Source of the DNA: Chiloscyllium plagiosum
Taxonomy: Eukaryota
Direction of reading: 5' to 3'
NCBI RefSeq assembly: GCF_004010195.1
Contig: NC_057726.1
Location: forward strand, 61,492,794-61,556,793
Length of the DNA: 64,000 bases
The notes beneath the pieces were generated by a model. It made no database searches. It was not told where the DNA came from and saw only the letters and a program-made list of their open reading frames with translations. A program made the translations under genes and the position numbers. Of this stretch, positions 49,465 through 60,840 are shown piece after piece; positions within the stretch are counted from its first letter, which is position 1, and each line of letters opens with the position of its first letter.

Positions 49465-52400
49465 CAGAAACTCCTGGAGCAAATCAGCTGGTCCAGCAGC
49501 ATCTGTGGAGAGAGAAACTGATTAAATAATTTGAGTCTAGGGGCCCTTCTTTAGAACTGATAGCAGCTAGGAAAAAGTGGTATGTATGCTCAAGACAAAT
49601 ATTGGGATATGGAGAGTGGAGGTGGAGAAAGGGGTGAGCAGAAAGGCAGAGATGGAGCCAAAAGAGAGAGAACAGCATTCGGACAATAAAAAAGGATGGA
49701 TGACAACATGCCAGGAAAATAAAAAGCTGACATTGGTGATCATAACTAGATGAAAATTGGTTGACTGTGCTGAAAGCAGCTCATGTCATTGCCAGGATCT
49801 GCGGTGTGAGTATCAGGCTGCAATATCCGCAAGTGGAAAATGAAATGCTGCTCTTCCAGCTTGCACTGCGGCTTGATGCATCACTGCAGCAGGTCTGAGA
49901 CAGGAATGTTTGCCAGGGAACATGGTGGTATGCTGAAGTGGCAGCAACTGGAAACTCATTTTTAAGGACAGAATGAAAGTTTGATTGCAAAGCTGTTGCC
50001 TGGTCTGCATTCTGTCTCACCAGTGTATAGGAGACAACATTGTGAGCTGTGAATATAATATATAGGTATTCACTGCTTCACTTCGAAGCTGTGTCTGGAT
50101 TAGAGTGTGAGGAGGAAGGAAGTAAATGGGCTACCACAATATATAACCTACTAATATCTTCTTCCCAAAATCTAGCAACAGGAATGGCAGGGCAGAGCCA
50201 CTGTTCCTGCCACACAGACCTAATCTCTTCATACCTTGATTCAACATTTTCTCCCATTCTCAGCTCAGTTCCCATTAATATCCATGATTTATGTGAAATT
50301 TTGCATCTGTTTAGAGTTTCCAGTTTGTGGGCAGCAACTGCCTCATCTTCATTTTGGATGTACAATGCGTTTACACATCCACCTTCTGTCATGGTGGTTT
50401 TATGGTTCCCCACTTGAACTGTCCCTATTCACCAACCCTCTTCTATCTGGCCAAGGTTGTCCTCACTTTGAAGAACATCTCCTTTTCCTCCTCTCACCTT
50501 CTTCAGATCAAAGGTTCGGCTATAGATACCTGCATGGTCTTCAGTTCTGTCTGTCTCCTTGTAGGGTACATGGAACTTCCCTTATCCTTATCCCATTCAG
50601 GTCCTGCCCCACAACTCTTTCCCTGTTCCATCGATAATTCTTCAGTGCTTCTTCTGACTCTCATCAAAAACTGGAAAAATTGATTAATTTCACTTTCAAT
50701 TTCTATCCTGCTGCTACCTTCTCCTAGTTCATCTCTGACTCCTCCCTTCCCTTCCTCGATTTTGTATTTCTTTTTCTGGGTATATGTCTGGCCACCAATT
50801 TTCATTACAAACTCACCAACTTCCACAGTTACATGGGCTATCAGTCCTCACACTGCAAATCCTGTAAAGACTCCTTTCCATTCCAAGTTCTCCATTTGTA
50901 TCACATCTGTTCTGATGATACTACCTTCAGTAGAGGGGTCACAGAAATGTCCACATTTTTTCTCATCCAAGGATTCTCTGCTACATGTTTAAGAGGGCCT
51001 TCAGCCATTTCTGATCCATCTCCCATTCTTCTGCCCTCACTCATCTTCTTCCACAATACCAATAGGGTCTTCGTTGTCAACTTCCAGCTCACCTCCCCCA
51101 AAGTCACCATTTCTGACACCTCCCACGGGATGCCACCACCAGACACACATGCTTTTCCCCTCCATTGCCACCAATTTTCCACCCTTGCCCACTCATCCTC
51201 CACTCCCAACATACCCTTACACTCCCATGTCAGCTTGCCATGCAGAAGGTGCAAAACTTTCCCATTTACTTTCTCCATCCTCACTATCTAATGTCTCAGA
51301 TGCACCTTGCAGGTAGGGCACTGATTTACCTGCACTTTACTCAATCTAGTCTCCTGTATTCTTTGCTCATAATGTACTCACCTCTAAATTGGGGAGACAA
51401 AACACAGATTGGCTTGTTCTGTCTGCAAAAATGTCCCCTGAGCTTCCAACTGCTTGCCGCATCAACAGATTACCATGGTCCCAGTCAACAACTCTGTCTC
51501 GGGCCTGCTGCAGTACTCCAGTGAAGCTCAGTGCAAGATAGAAGAACAGTACCTCATTTTCCACATGGGGATCATGTAGTCTTCAGCACTCAATGTCCAG
51601 TTCAATAATTTTAGGACCTGAACATTTATTCCATGAATTTTACCCTCCCCCACACCCCAAGATCCCTTTGCCTGCCAAACTGTCATTGTCTCTGGGTTCC
51701 ATCTCCGCCTATCTGTTCTCTCCCTCTCTCCCACACCAAACATGGCTTCAGCAAAAATACCACCCTTTCCTAGTTGCTATCAGTTCTGAAAAATGGTCAC
51801 TGAACTCAAAATATTAACTCTGCTTTCTCTCCAGAGATGCTGGCAGGCTTTCTGAGTTTCTCCAGCATTTTCTCTTTTTTTCCAACATCCACAGTTCTTT
51901 GTTTTGTTTGGATGGCAGGTTATAACTACTGGAGTGCCATAAGGTTTGGTCCTTTGACCCCAGCTATTTACAATCTACATTAACGACTTGGAAAGAGAGA
52001 TCGAATGCCCTATAGGCAAATTTGCGGAAGACACAAAAATGAGCAGGATGGTAAATTGCAATGATGAAATAAGAACCTTACAAATAAATATAGATAGGTA
52101 AGGAGAGTGGGCCAATATGTGGCAGATAAATGGCTAAGTGGCTGATTGTGAGGTCATGCATTTGGCTCAGAAAAATGGGAAAACGACCTATTATCTTAAT
52201 GGGTAGAGACTTCGTGGTGCTCTGGTGCAGATGGATTTAGGTGTACTCATTCATGAGTCAGAGAAAACTGGCATGAGGTACAGTGAATACTAAAGAAAGC
52301 GAATGGAATGTTGGCTTTTATAGCTTCAAGAAAATAATATAAAGGTAGGGAAGTATTGTTACAACAGTACAAGGTATTGTTGAGATCGCGCCTGGAGTGT

Positions 52401-52890
52401 TGTGCACAGTTTTGGACCTCTTACTTGAGGAAAGATGTAATGGCATTGGAGAAAGTTCAGAGGAGGTTCATGGATTGATCCCAGAGATAAGAGGTTTGTC
52501 ATATGAAGAGGGATTGTACAATTGAGGCCTTTACTCACTGGAATTTCGCAGAATGAGGGGAGATCAAATTGGGGTATTCAAGATGATAGAAGGCATAGAT
52601 AAAATAGACGTGGACGAATAGAGTCATGGAGATGTACGGCTCAGAAACAGATTCTTCGGTCCAACTCGTCCATGTTGACCAGATATTCCAACTCAATCTG
52701 TTCCCACCTGCCTGCAGCTGGCCCATATCCCTCCAAACCCTTCCTATTCATATATTTATCCAGATGCCTTTTACGTGTTGCAATCGTACTAGCCTCCACC
52801 ACTTCCTCTGGCAGCTCATTCCATATACATACCATGCTCTGCATGAAAACGCTTCCCCTTAGGTCTCTTTTATATCTTTTCCCTCTCACC
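49465..52890. mobile_element. PLE remnant with inverted left part (~49465-51905) plus CR1 fragments (~51910-52890), in the C1-TM intron of copy C
   Basis: PLE RT-like remnant (QIKGSAIDTCM, cf. QxxGxAMGT.M); CR1 3' peptides; paralogous to 22789-25245. Confidence 0.75.
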
Positions 52891-53079
52891 CTAATTTCAT
52901 TTTACTTGGTAAGAATTTGAGGAATATTTTGATTCTTTTCCCATTTATTACACTTTGGGAGTTAATACAGACTGCATCCACACCTTTCCCCGTGTTTGGA
53001 CAGCTGTTCAACTGCCTGTCTACTCTCTAAACCCAGATTGGAGCACTGGTCCATTTGTTGCCAATGTTTCCAGTCTTAC

Positions 53080-53373
53080 CTGCATTGACGGTGTAGTTGA
53101 GACCGGCAGGTTCAGGAAGGGAAACATGTGACACCAGACAGGTATAAACCACTCCGCTCCTGACGGGATGCGCTTCTTCCAAAGAGCTGGAAACCTCATA
53201 AAGCCCATCTGCTGTCTTCTTCACGGTTTGTATACTGGTCAGATTTTCGACACCATCTCTTCGCCAGGTGATACCGACAAGCTCCGGGTAACAGGCAGCG
53301 GTTTTACACACGAGTTTCAGGGAATCGGCGGAAATCCCTTCAACTTGAATGAGCTTCAGTGGCAATGGCGACA
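53080..53373 (-). CDS. Receptor copy C, Ig C1-set domain exon
   Basis: 294 bp, splice sites intact, open frame, 6 aa differences from copy A. Confidence 0.92.
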
Positions 53374-54464
53374 CTTAAAGGAGAAAATAAAAATTTAATG
53401 GAATATCTCCTCATTTGCCGACATCCGTGATACTGTTACATTCATAGCGTGACAATACTTATGTTCTTTATCGTTTAATTTTAAACATTGAAGTGTTCTA
53501 TCCCCACAACAAAATAGCAGGAATATGTGAAACGATAAGCAAAGAACTTGAATCTCCCAGGACTGGTAACACGAAGGAAGACAGTCAGAATGTTCGGAAA
53601 GAGATCCTGGAACGGGATTGGGTTTAACAGCAGTCGGACCTCTGATAAAATCTTTCGAAGGCAGTACACCTCTTTGTGCTGCTGAATCCTTTCTCCCCTT
53701 AGTATAGTTGGGAAGGTTTGCGGTACTAAACATTTTGTCTCGCACATACCTTAAAACATTTCCGAAAGAAGAGTCAAACCAAACTAGAAACGCTAACTTC
53801 ATCTCTCTTCACAAATGCTGCCAGATCCACAGCAATTCTCTTTGCTTGTTTCCTCTTTTTCAGCACATCCCTGCAGCTTTTAAAGTTTTTTCCCTGATAG
53901 GTATAAAGTTCCCTTTTGTCTGCTAAGATTGCACCAAGGTGTCCGGTAGTGCCCTCCAGATCCTTACAAAACTGCTGTTAATGATTTTCTGACTGTTGTA
54001 CGTGACTGTTTTGCAAATTATCTGAAATCTACGTCCTCTGTTTGTTCTTCACCAATGGGAACAGCTTATCTGGTGTATACTGTCCTTTAACCTTTAACAG
54101 ACGTGAATCAGTGTCCGTACAACCTGTAGGTATCATATAACCTGAGATATGGGGCCTTGTTAAGTTTGCATTATTTGTGAGATTATTGAGGAACAATTTG
54201 ATGTTTTCCTTATGTGCATACTTTTCTAAAAATTGCAAAACATAAAATACCATAAAATATGGTCATTATCAATTTGCAAGTTTCGTTACATTTTATGGTC
54301 AACAGAACTGCATTAAGTGCATAGCCCAGACTCAGGATTGCGTCATTCTTTAACCCTGGATCTACGTTAGTTAAGGGTGGCAAATATGTGATCCAGGAGA
54401 TGTTAGAATTGTTCCCACTGTCACATGTCGGCATGGTCACTTTGGAGAGAAGGGATCTTGTCTT

Positions 54465-55790
54465 CGAGTCATAGAGTTGGACAGAATGGAAACAGGCTCT
54501 TCGGTCCAACTCATCCCTGAGAAGCAGATATCCCAACCCGTCCCACCTGCCAGCTTTCGGCCCATATCCCTTGAAACCCTTCCTATTCATATATCCATCC
54601 ATATGCTTTTAAGTGTTATAATAGTGCTAGCCTCCACCACTTCCTCTGGCATCTCATTCCATATACATACCACCCTTTGCGTGAAAACGTTACCCCGTAA
54701 GCCTCTTTTATAACTTTCCTCTCTCACCCGAAACCTATGCTCTCCAGTTCTGTACTCCCACACCCCAAGGAAGAGACTTTGTCTATTTATCTGATTCATG
54801 CCCCTCATGATTTTTATAGACCTCTATAAGGTCACCTCTCAGCCTCCATCGCTCCAGGGAAAACAGCAGCAGCTTATTCAACCAAGCGCCGTTACTTGTG
54901 GCACTTCAGTGGTCACAGGCCTCCAGCGAGAAAAACGACCCTCCACCACCACCCTCTGGCTTCTTTCTTTGAGCCAGTTCCGTATCCAAATGGCTAATTC
55001 TCCCTGTATTCCATGAGATCTAACCTTGCTAACTGGTCTCCCATGTGGAACCTTGTTGAACGCCTTACTGAAATCCATATAGCTCATGTCCACCGCTCTG
55101 CCCTCATCAATCCTCTTTGTTACTTCTTCAAAAAACTCCATCAGGTTTGTTAGACATGATTTCCCACGCACAAAGTCATGTTGACTGTCCCTAATCAGTC
55201 CTTGCCTTTCCAAATATATGTGTATCCTGTCCCTCAGGATTCCCTCCAATAATTTGTCCACCACCGATGTCAGGCTCACTGGTCTATAGTTCCCTGGCTT
55301 GTCCTGACCACCCTTTTTAAACAGTGACACCACGTTAGCCAGCCTCCAGTCTTCTGGCACTTCACCTGTGACTATCGATGATCCAGATATCTCAGCAAGG
55401 GGCTCAACAATCCCTTCCCTAGCTTCCCACAGAGTTCTAAGGTACCCCTGATTAGGTCCTGGGCATTTATCCACTTTTATGCGTTTCAAAACATCCTGCA
55501 CTTCCTCTCCTGTAAAATGGACATTTTTCAAGATGTCACCATCTATATACCTACATTCTATACCTTCCATGTCCTTTTCCACAGTAAATACTGATCCTGT
55601 GGTTCCACACAAAGACCGCCTTGTTAATCTTTGACGGGCCCTGTTCTCTCCCTAGTTACCCTTTTCTCCTTAATTTATTTGTGAAAACATTTTGGATTCT
55701 CCTTAATTCAACTTGCCAAAGCTATCTCATGTCCCCTTTTTGCCTTCCTGATTTTCCTCTTAAGTATATACCTACTGTCTTTCTAAACCT
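54465..55790 (-). mobile_element. CR1-clade LINE fragments inserted in the V-C1 intron of copy C only
   Basis: 244-aa RT ORF piece (VPEDWRLANVVSLFKKG...YRPVSLTS...YMDFSKAFNKVPH). Absent from copies A and B at the homologous site. Confidence 0.92.
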
Positions 55791-56099
55791 CATTGAGTCA
55801 TTCCAAACCAAAATGTAAACTTGTATTTCAGTATCATGTTTTGATAAGAATTGCAACTGGACAAACATAAAGCTGTTTGGAGATACAACCGTTCCAAGTA
55901 TCAGGAGAGCAAGCGAGTTAAATTGATCTTAAACTAAAGTACTCAAATAGCGAGAATGAATCGGTTAACATGAACTCAATGACAAAGAAACTACGAGCCA
56001 ATGTAAAAGCAATTTGAAGAACCTTCACCTAACGATAAAAAAATTTGCACGTATCTAATAAAACTGAAAAGCAGCCTATCCCGATACAAGGATCCTTAC

Positions 56100-56405
56100 C
56101 GTAAACAATCAGCTGTGTGCCACCTCCATCGTCAACCCATCTCCGCCGGTGCTTTACCTCACAGAAATACATTCCGGCGTCAGCAAAACTGGCGTTTAGG
56201 ATCTTAAAAGAACTTGTTCCCCTGTTTGTATTGATTCGCTTTCTGCTGTCTGGCTTCAGAAACGATTCCTCACCCCGTCTCCGCCAATAAACATCAGGAG
56301 TTTCTTCAAAGATAGGAAACATGCAGAACATGGAAACATTCCCACCTCTGGTGACGCTCAACAACTTAGGGAACTGTTTCACTTTTCTCAAAGTTACTTC
56401 AGCCG
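56100..56405 (-). CDS. Receptor copy C, Ig VJ-type domain exon
   Basis: 306 bp, splice sites intact. 7 nt and 4 aa differences from copy A by hand count. Confidence 0.92.
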
Positions 56406-57127
56406 CTATCAGAAAAGAAAGAAAAGCCAAGTTAATACACTGTATTTGATAAGAACATATACCACACGGAACAAGATTAGGCCGTTCAGCCTCTCAAACC
56501 TGTTCGCTATTCAATAATTCTGTTCTGATTGCAGTTCAAATCCGCTTTCCCGCGTATCCCTGACAACCTTTCAACCCGTTGCTCGGTAAGAATAGGATAG
56601 ACACAGGGCAAAGAAAAACCTTAGCGAAGTAAAATGCAAGAACTATTGAAAATGAAAGCGATCGAAGTGGAGCAGAACAGTGTTTGATTGTACAATGTAG
56701 AGCCATTGCAGTATACAATAAAATAGGGCATAACGGATTTGGTGTAGCACCATTTAACAACTGAACGTACCTGACCCAATGATGCCAAGTAGAGTTATGT
56801 ACTGTACTGTAACCCTCAGCAACATACTTCAGATTTTATTAAAAAGGTTCATTTGTTTGTTTTTGTAGATGAGGATAGTGTACCGAATGGTTTGGTTGGA
56901 AAACTTTCTCAAGCATATGACCATGACAAGAGATATCAAATGACGAGTGTTGAGTCCCAGAAGTCTGAGGACTTCCGCCGACTGAGCAGTTTCTACCTGA
57001 AGGCAAAGTCTTGCTGACATTATCCGCTTTTCAATAATTTATTAACAACCGCCTTGGCTCAGTCTGAAAATAATGGTTCAGGTCGGAGGCATGGCCATGT
57101 CTCCAGTATCTCACCTAAAGTATTCAC

Positions 57128-57161
57128 CTCCATGCAGGGCAGTGAGAGTGAGAAAATCCAT
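57128..57161 (-). CDS. Receptor copy C, shortened leader exon MDFLTLTALHG(A)
   Basis: Homologous to the A and B leaders with an in-frame 21-bp deletion; donor GAG/gtgaat, phase 1. Confidence 0.7.
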
Positions 57162-57514
57162 TACGATCTGAAGCAGAAATCACTGGACTAGCAATTAGGA
57201 TTAATAACCCTGCTTATTTATGTAGGGTTGTCCAGGACAATATTATTTTTACTCACGACAGATGTGAAATTCTAGACCCCTGTCCACATGGTTCACAGTT
57301 ACAGCTATTAACCTAAACAGCCTGAAAAGCAGGAAGTAATATTCACGGGGCTGTTTGATGACATTTCCAGATGGAAGTAAGAGGAGAAGCGAAATATTGA
57401 GACTGTCATTTTGCTCAGAGCAATTAAAAAAAAGGGTAACAATGGAAGTCGGAACAAGAACAGAAACTGCTGGAAAACTCAAGACCTGGCAGCATCTTGT
57501 GACGGTGTGATGGT

Positions 57515-58035
57515 GAGTGTTGTGAAACTTGAAAGGGTTCAGAAAAAAATTACAAGGATGTTGCCAGGTTTGGAGGATTTGAGCTATAGAGAGGGGTTGC
57601 ATAGGTTGGGGCTGTTTTCCCTGGAGCGTCAGAGGCTGAGGGGGTGACCTTATAGAGGTTTGTAAAACCATGGAGGGCATGAATCGGAGAAATAGGCAAA
57701 GTCTTCTCCCTGTTGTGGGAGAGTTCAGAACGATAGGGCATGTGTTTGGGTGAGAGGGGAAAGATATAAAAGCGACCTAAAGGGCAACCTTTTCGCACAG
57801 AGGTTGATGCGTGTATGGAATGAGCTGATACAGGAATTGGTGGAGGCTGGTACAATTACGATATACAATATTTAAAAGGCATCTGGATGGCCATATAAAT
57901 AGGAAGGGTTTGGAGAGATATTGGCCAAGTGCTGGTAAATGGGACTAGATTAGATTAGGGTATCTGGTCGGCATGGACGAGTTGGGCCGAAGGGTCTGTC
58001 TCCGTGCTGTACGTCTCTATGGTCCTATGACTCTT
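57515..58035 (+). mobile_element. CR1 LINE 3' end inserted into a short element upstream of the copy C leader
   Basis: Peptide KLERVQKKITRMLPGLEDLSYRE; tail ctctatggtcctatgactct. Absent in copy A. Confidence 0.85.
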
Positions 58036-60699
58036 ATCTGTGGGAGGAGAGCAGAGTTACAATTTCGAGTCCGGAGACCCTTCATCAGAACCCCAACAAA
58101 TGGAAGTGGGACTTTGGTTATTCACAGTGTTCAGTTTCTTGCAGCTTCCAAATCTGTTCGGTCTTTTTTTTTAAAAACCTGGAAATGCAAATCATTCAGG
58201 AGTTCTGTTCGTCACCGCCGTCCATCTGAAGTATGCACACTTGGAAAATGGTTAACAACAGGACAGGACTACCCCGCTTCTTCTCAGTAGTCTCTATATC
58301 TTTTGTCAATCGCCTTTACTCTTTGTTATTTGGTTTCCGACCCTTCTATAACTGGGAACAGTTTTCTTTAATTTGCCTTTTGAAAATGTTGTGAACTCTG
58401 AACCTCAATTCGCCCACCCCTCTCGACTCTAACGAAGAAAATCTCCAGTTTCTCCACATAGTTAAATCCTATGACCTCGTTTCATTGTCGTACCTTCTGC
58501 GGTGTTTCCATTTTCGTGAAACCCTCCCTAAAGGGTCGACGGAGATTTGAACATAACACTCCAGCTGAGACCTAAATAGTTCTTAACAAATGTTTCGTGC
58601 AACTTATTTGCTTTATGCACCATCGCTCTATTCACAATGCTAAGAATCTGCTTTGCCTTTTCATTTGGCCTGCAACCCTCAAATATTCCACATGCACCCC
58701 AGGCCTTTCACTGAATTCTCTTATTTTCTACCAACAGTAAAATGTGAGTAATTCCATTATTTAAGACTTTCCCCGCAGTTTCGTGTTCAGGTAAGTTAAT
58801 TAAGACTGTAGTTCCTTCGGATAAATGTAGAAGCAGTGGTATTCTAATTAACGACAGGGCTGCATGTCAAATTATTAAACTGCGCTCAGGCCTGCTCTTG
58901 GATCTGAACATGAATACAGATTTAGGCTTTTGCGAAATGTATGATAATGCAATGAATTTGAGACGATTGTATTGTGAGTAAGCGACTTCTGTCGTGACAG
59001 TTTGATCATGAAGGATGACTGTCTAACTCAAATTGCCCCCACCTCACTCCTCAATGAACCCCAGCGACTGGCCAGCTGCGCGCCATATATACAATTCAAT
59101 TATCCTCGCTCGGGGTTTTCATGAACACAAATCGTATGAAGCTCATGGTATTTACCCATGGAACAGTGCCTCTATTGCACAGCGTAGTGCTGTGAGTATC
59201 TCGGTTGTTTCGAGTGTACCTTGCCACAGCCACTGCAAACAATTAGGGGTCCTGGCAACCTCCTCACATTAGGACGAATGACGTGTGTTCTAGAACATGG
59301 GAAGGCCTCAGCCAAACTGTTTCAACACACCATCAGTGGCATGTACCCAAATATTTGAAAGTATCCCACTTAAATATCCTGTCCACAAAACAAAAGCAGG
59401 ATGAATCAAATCTGGGCAATTAACGTTTCGTCAGCCTACTCTTCGACAGAGAGCTGAAAGGTGGTGTCCACAGTGCTATCAGGCGAAATTTGCACAATCA
59501 TCTGCCCACTGTTCAATGTGAGTTCTATCAAATCTAGTGTTCCTCAGTGCACATTACAGCTTTGGTGTAAGCATTATCAAAGAGCTAGAGGTGAGATGAA
59601 CTTGATATCAAGGTAGCCTTTGTCCATGTATGGCCCGAAGGAAACCTAGGAAACATGGTCAATGGAAATCAGACGCTGTGGAGTGGATGTAGCGGTAGAA
59701 ATAGCTCCTCACTGATTGGATTTACATCGGGCACAGGGAAGATTGTTGCGTTTTTTTGGTGAATCGTTTCAGAACCCAGGACGCTGCTGCAAGATGACTG
59801 TAGGGCGGTGTTCTGGCCCAATCATTTCAGTTGCTTTTTCGTGATCTTCCCTCCAGCATGAAGTTAATAGTGTACGCGTTCACTAATGATTGCACAATCT
59901 TCATTACCAGTTCGCCAGAAGCTGAGAGGACATGTCCAGATGCAGCAAAGCCAAAACAATATTCAGTCTTCCGCTTAATAGTGGCTAGTAATGTTCACAC
60001 CACAGAAGTACCATTTGGTTCACTGACGTCCTTTAGAGAAGGAAATCTGCTTTCCTTTTCTGGTCTTGCCTCTACGTGACTCCAGATCCACAGCAAGGTG
60101 GTTGATTTTTAACTGCCCTTTCGAATGGGCATTAATTGGTTGTTTGCTTTGATGACAATCGACAGGTTACGTGGTTGACGATGGGATAGTTTTCATTGCG
60201 AATTTGTATCAGGTCACAGTTTTGCTGCAGGTTTAACCTTCAATTGAGGGACTGTGATAAAATATGAAAAACAGTTTTGATTTTTTAAGACTGATCTTAT
60301 TGTTTTCTTGTTTAAAACCAACATTGTAGAGACAGATCTTTTCGCATAGTCAATTTTTTTGTTCCCCTTGAGCGTCCTCGTATCTTTGTTCATCTAAACC
60401 TTTCATTCTAGCCTTTGTCCAGCTTCCAGCTATATGGATCGAAACTGCTTGGCCCAGTCACTTCCCTTAAGCTTCATTTCTCCCACAACTGTGGAAACGA
60501 GGGTGGAGGAAAGAGAGCAATACAAATTTGACGGAAGGAGAGTTGGTGGCGGCCAATGATATGTCGTGAGGTTTAACTTTCGCCAGAAGACTTTAGTGCT
60601 TCTTCCCGATAATTAGGCGACTGCGTGAATTAGAATAACTTCTATTTTATGTAATATTTGCTTTGTGTTGTACAAAGTCATGAAATTACACGAAAATAT

Positions 60700-60840
60700 C
60701 ATAGAATCCCTGCAGTGTGGAGGCGGGCCATTTGGCCCATCGAGTCGACAACGACACTCCGAAGAACATCGAACCAGATCCGCCTATCCTTAGCCCTGCA
60801 TCTCCGAAGCTAATCCATCTAGCCTAGACATCCCTGGATT
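60700..60840 (-). mobile_element. HE1-type SINE 3' fragment
   Basis: catagaatccctgcagtgtggaggcgggccatttggccc matches the SINE tail on the minus strand. Confidence 0.6.

Noticed and set aside
54878-55612. 244-aa RT ORF as an active or domesticated gene
   Set aside because: It is an internal CR1 fragment lacking the catalytic core, which is deleted at about 54880-54900.
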